This document shows positions 48,900 to 62,400 of a stretch of 64,000 bases of DNA, one piece after another. The stretch is from Ruditapes philippinarum (lineage: Eukaryota), in assembly GCF_026571515.1 (NCBI RefSeq), contig NW_026860174.1:1-64000 (forward strand), given 5' to 3'. Position 1 is the stretch's first letter. Every line of letters begins with the position of its first letter. The position numbers were made by a program, and so were the translations under genes. Below the pieces are notes generated by a model. The model did not search any database and was not told the DNA's origin. It saw only the letters and a program-made list of their open reading frames with translations.

Positions 48900-51492
48900 T
48901 TATTTCTTGTACTTTTTTGGTAGTCCTATGGGGCGATATTTATTCGGATCTCCTCCGTTACGTCCATGCTCATTGGCTCTTTGATCAGCTGCTCTGTCAG
49001 CGGCGCTGTCACCCTTGAAAAATCCATAAGCTTCACGAGCATCACTGAAAAGTATGCATTTTTATTTTCGTGAAATTATATATATTCACATATTACATAT
49101 TGAAACGAAAATTTATGATTTCAAAAAAATTAATATCATGGCGACATATGTGTTTGTCGGAAATATTGATAAATGTTTTCAATCTTGAAATTGTTTCTCC
49201 TGACAAGTTTAAAGTGGGCATTACTTGAACGATTGTAAAAATAATTTATCTCTTTACATGAGTAAAAAAAATCCCGAAAAAATTGAGTCCGTTTCAACCT
49301 TTTGAGCAGCTGGACACATTCAACTGATCAATGCTCACACAGTGAAAAGGGTTCTTAATTATCCAATTTTGACATCGACCATGCACTAGTGTTAAGCCAA
49401 ATTTTATATATTAATGACCTAAAAGCTCATATATTGTCAAAAATGAAAAACTAAAATTGTAACTAGATACGATTGTCTTACATATATTAAGCGAAGCAAT
49501 AAATTGAACTGAAAATATTGCTTAAAGTTAAGGCGGCACAGCTTTTTTTCTTTGTTGCAGCGAAACAGGTTCGCATCCAGTAACCTCTAATAAACCAATT
49601 CGATTAATGTTTTTCACAATTATTGATGATCATTGAGATAAGATGATCCAAAAATGAAATAAGTATTGTAGTAAAGATCATCAATACAGTAAAACATGCT
49701 TTTATTTAGACGGTTATTTAAATACTACCCCTTTCGTCTTTAAACATTATTTAGGTATTTCTCACACCCGTCATGGACAGAAGGTGTTTCACTTTAATTA
49801 TATATTTATTATGGACTAAAAAATGACAAATATTGCAAATATGGTACTTGATATTTTCAAAGGCAGGCTTATGAAAAAAAATTTCACGGTCAAAGTAATT
49901 TTGACGAGATCAATCAATAAACTTTTAAGAAAATTTAAGCATTTGAAGACAGCCTCTCATTTTGGTAAATTTTAGGGATATTTTGATTTAGCCTCTTTAA
50001 GTAACAAAATGGTCAAACAACATTACCAATACTTTATTCGGAAAACATAAATGCCTTGTACGATTTTTATGATTTAAATGGTGACTTGCACGGAATCCAT
50101 GATTCAAAAGTTATCTTGCACGAAAATCATCTTTCGAAATGTGTATTGTACGAAATTCACTGTTCCAACTCAGTCGTGCATCGCTATAACATTATAATTA
50201 TGTACAGTGCACAATCAGTACGATCTTATTATAAGCTGTGTTTCTCAAGTTCGTATTACACAGATAATTGTAAAAGTGAGTGTATTTTAAAGGATACATT
50301 TATAAGTGTTATAAGATTCAAGAGTACCTGATGAACTTCGCCGCATGTCTCCCACCAGTTCCATGTGTAGCGGCATCAGCATTTCCCCTTGCGTGAAAGT
50401 ACTTATCAGATTTTTTCCAGTTTGCTTCTTTCATGTCACTGTAATACATAGAATCATAAAGGTATTTTTTATTTGATAACTAACTAAATCTATATTCATA
50501 CTTATTATATAAGATTTTGTCTTGTCTATAGCAGATAACTTCCCGTTCTCTGAACCGATTTATGGCTGTGCCTCGACCTACTGTAATACTTGATCTATTT
50601 GCGAAATTGGTGCGTTGTCACGAAGATGGCGTTGGCGGATATAATCATATCACCGAAATGCTCCATAATGCCATGCAATTGACTTAAACGTACCATTCTT
50701 TGGCAAACGTGCCTATGAATCTGTCCAAATGCAGATGTAATGTCAAGTAAAAATAGTGAAGTTAAAGCAATATGCTCATTAGTTCACAATTTACGAACAA
50801 TCTGATTAAAATCAGCTATAAAATAACACTACGTTTGTACGGTATATATGAAAAACATACAATCTGAACTTTAGTCTGATTGCAATAAAGCAGAGACAGA
50901 CAATGAACTCTTTAGATTGCTTAATTGGAATTTTCATGAAATGGTATTTTTTTGACTACAGTTCAGTTTCACAATAGCAATAAGTGACGTTGAATTCACG
51001 GACAAATGTATACTAGACCCTTTGTCTTCATATTAATTGGTTCTAATTCCACCAAAGAGTAATAATGTTCTTACAATGTCTGTCCCTATTGCAGTAGATG
51101 TGACTGGAAAAACGATCAAACAAAATTTACATAAATTCAATGCTAAACTGGATTAAACTAGAACAAAACATAATAAATAAGATTTCAGTATATACTACAT
51201 GTACACACAACTTAGACTGTATTAATGTAAGATAAGTAAAATTACTATAACTGAAATATTACTTGTAAGCCCTTTGCATTTTTCTCGCCCCATTTATTAC
51301 ACCAGAAACATAATCTTTTGCTCTTTGCCATGCTCTGCCGATGCTGCTGCTGCTGCTGCCGCCGCCGCCGCTGCTGCTGCTGCTTTCATCGTCTACTGCC
51401 AAAGCCGCCTCTAATTGCACTGCAGCAACCTTCAAAGTCACGAAAAGCAGCAATATAAAAGCCATGTCTGTCACCCTCGTTTTAATGAACAT
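48900..51492 (-). CDS. SAA: Serum amyloid A family protein, copy 4 (~161 aa)
   Basis: Exons 51492-51263, 50438-50328 and 49044-48900. Near-identical to copy 3, with linker [14 protein letters not shown] and C-terminus [12 protein letters not shown]. Frame and GT-AG sites are intact. Confidence 0.95.
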
Positions 51493-53379
51493 TTTTCAGC
51501 GATGATGTTGTCGTCAAGAAACCAAAATGAACTATAATGATTAATTAGTTTTTTATCGTGACATATTTATGGCAACAGTTTTACACATAACCATCAATTT
51601 AGTTATATTATTAACTACTTCGATTTCGAGTGAATATGGTAAAAACAGATATTGTTAATAAGATGAATTACAGATCTTCCTCTGATTAAATAGACAGACT
51701 TTTTGTTATATAAATGACGTAATATATTCATGTATCGATTATGACCTTAATATAAATTTAATATAAAACAATTTTTACTATTTTTAAAAAAACTCATTAT
51801 TAAACTTTTCATAAAGTAATGTTTATTAAGCTTTGCTATGAATGAGTTGAATATAGCTTAGGATTAGAAAGTATATTACCTTAAGGGCAACTGAAATAAT
51901 AATAAGCAAAACATGTTTAAATTGTTGACATAGGAATAATAATTGTGTCGAATATTTGATAATTTAGGCTGTAAATGCATTACACAATGGCATCATTATA
52001 AACATAGAGATCTCTTAAATATAACAATGCAATTTGTTGGAATAATTATATGATTTTAAAGTTATTATCTGTTGCACACCAACCTGTAATGTTTCGATGG
52101 GTTACACCCCTCCTTATCAAAGAGTTTGCCGTTTATTGTCTAAATCACATAAATTCTTCATTTTTCTTACAATATGTTATTTACAAATTGTTCTCCAAAC
52201 ACAGTGCTTTCCAAAGTTATTTTATTTGATAAATGCTTTGTATCAAACAAATATAGTTAAGCTGTTGCAATCATGTTCAAATTGTGAACTTGTTATGGTT
52301 TCCTTCCATCTATATCCTATATGATTGTAAAATTGTTATGGTTTCTATCAATATATATAATCTAAAAGATAATCTTTATGATAAATGTTTCGTATCATAC
52401 AAAAAATATAGTTTTACGGTTTTGATTATCATACAATTGTAAAATACTAAATGCCTGTACCTGTTTTTCCTTCAAATGTTTATTCCCTATCGGATTGAAC
52501 GCTAAATTAACTTTAACTATTTATATTTTGAAATGTCTTGCAGGTTTAATTGCCTTAGGGATATTGTATTGTACTGCACAAAATTTGTATTGTCATTCAA
52601 TTTACGTTTTAAAAGTTGTCAACAGCCATAAAGTGGAAAATAAAAAAAATGCATCCTGTTATTTTGCATCATTTTGACGTAGGTACAGTGGCACAAAGGT
52701 GACGTGTGTGTGTTTTTATTTATCTCGTGCGTACGATAAACAAATACACGTAAACAAATAACAAGTAAAGATATACGTGAATACAGGTCTATAAATATTT
52801 TAGGGTATTGTAGTTTACCTATTTTCAAAGATTAATTACCATTAATAACAACAATTTAAAAAGCAATTACAAATTAAGCATATGAAAACCTAGGTAGATG
52901 TATGTTACTATAGGGGTATAACGGGACCATAAGTTATTGAATGACTCAGGTTTGAATAACTTGGTGTGAGAAGAGAAATTTTGTCTTAATACAAGACCCA
53001 AATTGCGTTTAAGGATTAAAGATTGAAACAACAAACAGAATTTCTTCATATTTTGTTTTATTTATTAATAATTAGTTACCCTATGACAAAAACATAATAT
53101 CGATTAGACGCAACGTTAAACCATTCGAAACCATATCGAATAACATTGAAAACATAGGAAATATCTGTGCGTGCGTGAGCGTTTATATGTTTATATATAT
53201 ATGTAAATAATTTCACACATTTTATTGATACTTTGCTCTGATTTAGTAATATTGTTTGTATAGAGTTAAACAAAAATATTTTTGATCTATTTTAGAGATC
53301 AGTTGATGAGTGCTTTTCTTGTTATCTTTTGAACAACTTACATGCACAATGTTTAACCATAAAACCATATAAAAATTTA

Positions 53380-55030
53380 TAAATCTTGTCAAACTGGCGA
53401 GCAATAAGTGAAAATATGAGATTACTTTATGGTGTGATAAAGTATGCAGACAAGAATGATAAACCGGGGCTGTTATTCTTTGTTGAGTTTGGAAAAAGAA
53501 AATCGGTAACAAAAAATACTATTACGTATTTAAAACTTAAGATCTTTTTTAACTTTGGACAAACTAAATGACATGGCTTGAATTAATTAACAAAGACCCA
53601 CAAATTGCAAATTCTTCAATGGCCTTTTGTCTATTAAAAGAGGAGTACGACAAGGCTGTCAATTAACCGTACATTTTTATCTGAGAAATTGAATTTCTGT
53701 AAAAGCTATTAGACAAAACAAAATTATTAAAGGGTGTAGAATTGAAAATAGCCTCTTTGCTGACGATGCAACTTTACTATTAAATGGTATATTTGACCGC
53801 TTTGTAGCAACCATGTACATATTTGGACATTTTTCTATTTCCGCTCTTAAAACTTAATTACAAAAAATGTAGTTCTCAGAATAGACTCACTAAATAACTT
53901 ATATGATCTAATTTACTGTAGAAAAAAAATGTACATTCGAATGTTCAACAACATTATGCATAACATTCCATTCTAAATGTGATTTTATAATTAAATTGGA
54001 TTTTGAGAATAAATCAATCAATCTAAAGTAGATAAAAATAGATGCAGAGCAACAAATGGTAATTTTTTCGCCTTAAAGTTCTAAGTGATAAAATTATGAA
54101 AACAATTACACAACACTGTTTTGAATCTATTCGGCACTCAAAAAGGGACAAAGTTATTACTATACAAAACTTTGAATATGGATGATCGGATTGATTGGAT
54201 ATAAAATACTTGCCAATTTTTATTAACTCAATTAAATCGAGCTAGGTCAAAATGTTATTTGATAAAAAATAACCAGGGATTGTGAAATAAATAAAAACAG
54301 AGGATTTACAAAAAAATAGATGAAATCGATTTATTTTAAAGTAATCTAAACACAAATGAATATACAGAAATTGAAATTAAAAAATGACTACGGTCATGGA
54401 GTAAAAAAAATAATAAAAATTCACAAAATCTATTATACCAAATTATTTAGCAAAATTTACAATTAAAAATTATGAATCTTTATATATTTTTTTTCAAAAA
54501 TGGAAACTTAATGTAGAAATATCAATCACATTTAAGATTAAAGCTATTTTTTACACTAAAATAAAACAATTTAAAACTTTCGACCACCTGAAAAATTATT
54601 TTAACATTCCTTATACATAGATATTTAAATTTTACAAACTAACTTTATCAATACCCAAAGAATGAAAACATGAACTATAATACACTGACCAAACTTTAAC
54701 GCCTGTAGAAATAAGCACTTTTAGTATCACAGAAAAAAAGAAATCGTCTCGTCCAATGTCAGTAAAAAGCTAACACAGATTCAAGAGCAAATGAGACTGT
54801 GTAAAAGTACAAAGACAACATTGCAAATAAATGGGAAAAAATGAATTTCCCCAAACAGAATTTCAATGGCAAAGTATCTACGAAAACGTTTGCAACACTT
54901 CAAAGATAATATTTTACGAAAGTTTCAACTTAATTTTTACACAGGGACATTGCAAAAACACGTTTCTCCTTCAATGTAAATTTACCAAGTAAAGTCTTTG
55001 TGGTTGTTGCTGTATGGATATTGAAAGTAT
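53380..55030 (+). mobile_element. Duplicate of the decayed L1/Tx1-like LINE relic
   Basis: Same NWRAISEN, KRGVRQGC and LFADDAT fragments as 41860-43560; it was copied with the segmental duplication. Confidence 0.85.
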
Positions 55031-56200
55031 AAAACAAACTCCAGACATAAGTATTTTTAAAAGGAAGCAGTTAAACAGTTTAAAAATTGAAAGATTTGTT
55101 GATTACAGAATGATATATAAGAAAACTTTGAAAATTGCTGCATAAATTCTAATAGATTTTTTTCTAATTAAATTTGCATTATCTAAAATAATATCTGCAT
55201 ATAGAAAGCCTACTAAAGCAGATTAATTACCCTTTTTCCTGTGTATTTTATAATATATATTTGAGCTTCTTTACTTTATTTAATGTCTTTAATCATCTAC
55301 TTTGCCTATTTATAATCCACAACAGAAAGTTTTTACAAACATACAATGTTACATATTATCTACGTAAATGCTAAAGTTGATATATTTGTAAGTGGTTCCA
55401 AAAGATAAATTAAATAAATAAAACAGAAAAGTAATGATGAAAATATAAATTAAATATTCTCTGGTTGTACATGTATGTTTTTCATCTCTCTACGACCTCT
55501 TTATTTGCTGTACGCCTTAAGAAAATATTAAGAACTTTTTGAAGTTAAGAACTTACCAGCTGGAACAGAAAATGATTAGCCTTGGCCACCAGTAAAGGTC
55601 GACTAGGCTGTATACCGTTGAATTCACATTTTAAAGCTCCCAGAATTGATAATGGACAGTTTTATAAATAAAGGCTGGACAAGTCCATTTAAGAATTTTA
55701 GCATGTTTAGGGTTAAAACGTTTAAGTGCTGGTGACAATAATAACAGCCTTAGCCTACTGAATACTTCTCTATACTGGTGGTGTCTTCATTTTGGTATTT
55801 TCATATGGACGTCTCTGGATATTACAATAGACTAATGAATATTCAAAACGGGATAATCAATTACAAAAATAAAGCAATTTTAAGAGTTAAAGGTGTGAAC
55901 TCGAAGTTTATTTGAGGTTTTATTGACCAGAGTCAGAAATTATAAGTACTGAAATACACTCAAAGTCATTATATTATTATTTCAATTGACTATTTCTCAA
56001 ATTGACTATTGTGTCCTGATATTTTCCTTTTCCTCTTAATGAAATTTAGCCTGCCTTTCAGTTGTGTTGTTTTCTGTGGTTATTGTGGTCTTTCTTTCTT
56101 TCTTTCTTTTTCTTGCTCGTTTTATCAACACAATTAATTGGCCGTTTATTTTAGATAAATCATTTACTATTTAAGTACGTGTTACAATGCTTTTGCTGGT

Positions 56201-56432
56201 GATGTGAGGAAGCCATCCAGCTGGCTTACGGAAGGTCGGTGGTTCTACCCAGGTGCCCGCTCGTGCCTGAAATAATGCCCGGAGGGGCACCTGGGGTCTT
56301 CCTCCACCAATAAAGCTGGAAAAAAAATAGACGAAAAATCTCGGCGGGACGCTCTAGGATGTCCCGACTTGAGTGTACGGTCGCCCATATGGGCTTTTCG
56401 GCGGCGACCTTAAAAAAACGCATCAAAAAAAA
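56201..56432 (+). mobile_element. 5'-truncated SINE with 11-bp TSD
   Basis: Conserved central domain GGTGGTTCTACCCAGGTGCCCGCTCGTGCCTGAAATAATGCCCGGAGGGGCACCTGGGGTCTTCCTCCACCA and an A-rich tail. CTTTTGCTGGT is duplicated at 56190-56200 and 56433-56443. The paralogous site at ~36290 is empty. Confidence 0.88.
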
Positions 56433-57424
56433 CTTTTGCTGGTACAGCCGAAATGAAACCGTGCTGCAATGTTTAATTTATACGCATCCTCTAAATATCG
56501 TAACCTCTGAATTTCGAGTACCGGACAATTTCCTATGGCTACTTATGCTAAACATGCATAAACAATCCTCTGAAAACCGGACAGCAACTTAAGTGTAAAC
56601 TTTTTGAGCACTTTAATCTGGACTTTGATATACTCCCAACAGGTGACATGTTTAATAACCAGTTAATGATCATCTGTTTTTTAAATCAATGCAGGTGTGA
56701 AAACACTTGTCAGTGTGTTTATTTCTAATTGACAATTAAATTATAGCTCTTTCATCATAATTGTGTCTTGCCCTGTTTAGGTATAATTTTCCACAATGTT
56801 TTAATTAGTTCAGTTTTTTTATATAATTTAAAAATGTAAAAAAAATGCAAATCATTTGTTAAATGATTCCTGTTTCGCTTAATTTTTTTTATCTTGAAGC
56901 CATTTGGTTATTAACTTTATGCAAAAATAATAACAATTTATTCCATTCCATTATTTATATATTTCAAAAGCTAATTAAAAAGTTGTATTTCAGACAATAT
57001 GACAATTTGTTTTAATTTCTAATTTTCTGAATTATATTTATGAATTTACATAAGACATTTATTTAAATATGACTTATACAATAGGGTAGAAATATAAATA
57101 CAAAATGATTTAAACAAAGTTATTATTCAAACACATTTTAAATGTTGCAAAAAACCTCCCTCTGAAAACCAGACTTTTGGTAAAGTCCGTACAGAGTTTT
57201 TACTGGATTCATTTTACGGACCCTTAGATGGGAAATGTGAGTTAATCATTTTTGTTTTTTGGTCACGATTTAATGACCAATTTTTTCCAAGTGTTATGAT
57301 ATTCTTGTGGTTTAAGTGTCTGCCTCTTAGCTAAAGATCGTGAGTTCGTACCCTACTTCGGTCATGACCATGTCTCCTCGTATAACAGCAGTACTGGTTA
57401 ATTGCAGGGAGCGGACATGATAAT

Positions 57425-58929
57425 GCCGGCTCGCCACGGCGAGCCGGTATTACGGTAGGATTTTACTGAGAAACAACCTAAAACTCCGAAGCTATCCAAA
57501 AATTTAATCGAAGCTTGGCTTCCAGCTTTCTACAAAATTTATCTATCAGGGCTAGGATCCAAAATTATTTAGCCAATCAAATTTAATCTTACATAGCGTC
57601 AAAAAACCTTCAATTTTCACGCCATTTTTAAAAATCAGCAAGTATTGTTTTGAGCGCAAAGATATAATGATGATTAAAATGTTTGTCTTTATGAATTCTT
57701 TTCAATAAATCATATTTACACTGACTTCTGATTTAGCGATTTCACCTGTTTTCTCTGTAGTAAGTTTTCGTTTGGTTAATTAACATAAGTGTACATCTGG
57801 TTCTGTGCATTTTTTATTTTTTTCCTTTCTACCGGTCATTTTATTCTTTCCGGTATTTAGTGTATGTATTTACTGGCCGGGATCCGGGACGCCCGGGATC
57901 CGGGATCGTATGAGATATGGAGGAAAAACCTAATGAACTATATTTGTGTTGATTGTTGTCGTAATGAAAGGCCATTAAACGATAATTTTTTTATTGTATA
58001 TAATGAACGTTAAATTAATTTAACTTAGAATATAGATATATTTAGAGCTATTTATTAACAAACTTAAAATGCGGAAATCACAATACTTATAATTATATGC
58101 CTAATTAATTGGAAAAATCAAAGACTATTTTCTTGAATTGGTCAAATCCCGGGATCGCTATATGTTTAAAACGATCCCAGCTTTTCTGAAAACTATATAC
58201 TTGAACTGGCCAATCCGTGAGATCTATTTACATTTTAATACGATCCCGGCTTTTCTGAAAACTATATTCTTGAACTGGTCAATTCCCGGGATCCCTATAT
58301 GTTTTAATAGGATCCCGGCTTATCTGAAAAACATCTTCTTAGACTGGTCAATTTCCGGGATCCCTATATTTTTTAATAGGATCCCGGCTTTTCTGGCTGA
58401 ATTGATTGACAACTTGTGTTTACTTTAGGACTTGTGCATCTCATTCCAATACTAAATAACATACATGTATTACAACTTAATTTTGTATAAAGAGACATCT
58501 TTATGAAATCTACCTATCTAACATTTTGTGGTCAAGGTCAACAGGCCATATAGTAAATGTGCATAGACATAGGTTCTTCATTCTATCTGTTTACATGCAC
58601 CTTCATATATACTCATACTCATCTTGGTTAAACTGAGAGAACTTTATATGTCACTTTCAGTCAATGAGTTTAAGATTTTGAATTTACTGGCCCGAATTCC
58701 AGTTTTGAATTTATTCTACTAAATAATTAACAAAATTTTCTTAAATTTACACTGGCCTGAACTTATATACACTGGCCATCGGGCACCGAGCCAGTGTTGA
58801 CTTCACTTTTATTTTGATGTTCGCTGAAGTCTCTTCAGCTAACAGAACTGTCATTTTTACATTTAAACACACCCCTTGAAAAAAATTACGAAGCGAGTCG
58901 CTACTAGCTTTTTTAAAAGCTAACCTTGT
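57425..58929. mobile_element. ~1.5-kb insertion with a terminal GC hairpin and internal 69-bp tandem repeats (Helitron/Helentron-like)
   Basis: It interrupts CATGATAAT|GGTAAAATAAGCTAC, which is contiguous at ~36521 and ~48131. Hairpin AATGCCGGCTCGCC-AC-GGCGAGCCGGTATT at 57422-57451; GATCCC(A/G)GCT repeats at 58173, 58242, 58311 and 58380; ...GCGAGTCGCTACTAG near the other end. Confidence 0.7.
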
Positions 58930-59478
58930 GGTAAAATAAGCTACAAGATTTCACCATTATGTTTATGATCGAGCATATGTTAGGACGTTCGTTTGGTAGG
59001 TATGTGTATATCTTTATGATGACCGAAGATCGGTATATTTTCAACATGTTTTTAATATTGTATATATGTTAACCAAGATGTCAAATTAAATTGTTTATAG
59101 TTTATAGTACGTTATACGTTGTGTAGTTATAGAATCAATATAATGTCCAAGACAGCTCGAACAAGCATAATCATAGATTACTTTAGATTTTCCCTTGATG
59201 ATTCTTTCATGTAGTAAGGTCGACCTCATCATATTTGGTGTTTTTATTAACTAAGGTCATAGAGAAAGTTTATGTGAACTATAAACTTCTGTTGCATTTG
59301 AATTTAAGGATATATTACAAGTAACGTTTCATGAAAAAAAACGCTTTTATTGTAGGTAGAGCATATAGACAGAGAATAGATGTAATACAGAGTTTGCAAA
59401 ATATGGCGCACAGTCAAAATATACAAGTAAGCAGTTTATATATTGTGAGTGGAAAGTTACAACGTCTTTTTAGATGTT

Positions 59479-62400
59479 TTATTTCTTGTACTTTTTTGGC
59501 AGTCCTTTGGGGCGATATTTATTCGGATCTCCTCCGTTACGTCCATGCTCATTGGCTTTTTGATCAGCTGCTCTGTCCGCGGAGCTGTCACCCTTCAAAA
59601 ATCCGTAAGCTTCACGAGCATCACTGAAAATTATGAATTTTAATTTTCGTGAAAGTATATAAACATTCACATATCACATATTCATGCGACAAAATATGAT
59701 TTGAAAAAATTAATATCATAACCATTTACATATGTTTTTGTCGGAAATATTGATAAATGATTTCAATCGTTGCTTCTCCTGACAAGTTTAAAGTAGACAT
59801 TATATAAGTAAAACGATTGTAAAAACAACTTAATACCATAGCTTAAACATAATTTAAAAAAAAAATCCAAAAGGTCGAGTCATTTGAATTTTCACACTGA
59901 GAAAACACCATGATTTGAAAGTTAATTTATTGTTACAAATGAAAAGCTAAAATTGTATGATATATTATTGTCTTAATTTGGAGAAATAGAATAAACTGCA
60001 TACATTACGAAAAAATACTTATAGTTTAGATATCTTGTCTTCATAACCTCTGATCCCCTTTCAAAATTCCATTTTATTTAGTTCTCGTTTGGGGCACACG
60101 CATTTATTTTACTTTGGGACCATATGCCGCTTTTCATGGAATGGCACTTAGGTGTCACATTGAAGTTTCCATGATAACCGCCATATGAACACATCTGCAG
60201 ATGTTTCAAAATTCTAAATTGTGCCGGTTCAAGTTAAATGTTGAATTCTGCTTAAGAGGGGCTGTGGAGGTAGTTTGCACTTGACAGAACCGTCCATCGA
60301 CAGGCTCAATCGAACCGAGCCTGCATCATTTTCAATTTTGCCGTGCGCTTACTTTAGAGACTCTTATTTTCTCTAGTTTATCATTTTTTGCAACGAAACG
60401 TTGGTTCTCATCCAGTACAGGACTTTCTAATAAACCAATTCGATTAAATGGTGATCGAAGGAAAGGACTAAATTTGTAATTTTACTTCAATAACCGATGT
60501 CTATCCCTTTAAGACAATTATGTTAGAAATGATCAGCAATACAGTTAAACAGGTCTGTATCTAAACGTCTATTAAAAACTTTTGTACATACTATATTATA
60601 AAAAATTTACAAAGTTTTGATCCAAACACATACACTAGAAATTTATCATTCAAAATGTGTGGTGCACGAAATTACTGCTCAAAATATGTTGTTCATCATA
60701 TTAGCATATTGAGCAATGAGTACGATCTTATAGGGTCTTTTTTAAGTTCGTTTTATATAGATAAGAAGTAAGAATGTTTTAGAAGAATCATAAGTATAAA
60801 ATTTTATACCTGATGACCCTTGCTGCATGTCTCCCGCCAGTTCCATACTTAGCTGCATCTGCATTTCCCCTTGCGTGGAAGTATTTGTCCGAATTTTTCC
60901 AATTGGCTTCTCTCATATCACTGAAAAAAAGGTCAAAAATGCATTTAAAATTCAAAATGGGTCCAACACTCACCAGAGTGCCATACATACGGCTTTGACT
61001 GATGCAGTTTCCGCTGTTTTCTTTTTAACTTTATCAAATATGCATAGCACAATATTTTTCCACACATATAAACATTTTTAAAAATAACTCTAGCTATAAT
61101 CACCTGTTTTAAGTATAGTGTATATAGCTTTGTGAGGTCGTTAAACTGAAGAAAGATGATTCAGGCGCTGAATCCGGACATTAACAACAAGAAAATAATG
61201 TCTAAAGTCAAGCAAACTGACTTGTATCTTTATTTGTTTGGTCTTAGTCCTAAGCTGCAATGATAAGAAAAGGTAAATGAAAAGAAACGAAAAGCATACC
61301 TGATAAAGAAAGTCATTCATTTAAAATATATAAATTGTTTTACTATATCATTTTTTTGGCGTATTTCGTTAATTATCGGAACCGTTCAGTATTTCTGGGC
61401 ACTGTCTAGTATACATAAAGGTAACCACGTATGCCTAAAAACAGTACCCGGGACAACAATAACCCCAACAGCGTAATTATGTTACATGTAGTGACTTTAT
61501 CATAACCTATAGGTAAATGTATCTGTGACTCTGGCAAGTTGAGGGACACCAAAAAGTGCTAAACGACTGTAAAGTCGTCAGTCTTGCGTTCCCGAACAAA
61601 AAGTATGACGCATTCTCTCCGAAATCGTATGATATCTAGTTTTGACTTGTCAGACCCCGGTAAATTAACATATTTCACATTGCGACTGAATGTGTCATCA
61701 ACAATAAATAGTACAAATCTAAATTCACTTTATGCAAATGTAAGAACAAATGTATGATGACCTAGAGAAATCTAAAGTATTTCTTAAGTGAAACGTAAGT
61801 CTCCATTATCACCGTTTATATCTGTAACGTAGGAATGTAATAATAACGCAGGAATCGTACAAAATTAACGCCGAATTGGTGTAAATAGCGGTCGAAACGA
61901 GTTTACACGGTTAGTAAACGGACGAAACATTTTCATAATAAATCAAATAAAACAAAAGAATAAGCGCATATGGCTGCTATGACAAATATTTCCAGAAATA
62001 TGTTTTATTTTTAGAGATCGTTCGTGAGACATTTGCGATATACCTTGGTCATTTGCCAAACTACATATTGTACTATGTTCATATAATAGTAAAAAGTTGA
62101 TATTGTTTGTGAGATAACCAGCGTTGCTTTGGTTAAGCATTCATAAAATCGGCGTTACCTCGTAAAAATTGTCTAAGTCACACTAGTTGTTTGGTAATGT
62201 GTCAGGTATACCGAATTTCAAAACAATAATTTAATACTAGTATATGTGTAATTGTATTAACCTATATTGACAAAACACAAAACATCGCCTAAATACGATA
62301 ACCTGGTCGTCATTATCTTAAAAACCAAACACTTTCATTGAAATATTTTAATGAGATTAAAAATATGATGTCTTAACAACGGCTATCGTATGCGCTTTTT

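Larger units (their letters stand above)
46995..55918. repeat. Segmental duplication unit B (contains SAA copy 4), paralogous to 35440-44840
   Basis: Like unit A, it begins at GTAGAC...TTTTGCAACTTTGATGAGT and ends at TCGAAGTTTATTTGAGGTT. It differs by indels, e.g. it lacks the 43870-44150 segment. Confidence 0.92.
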
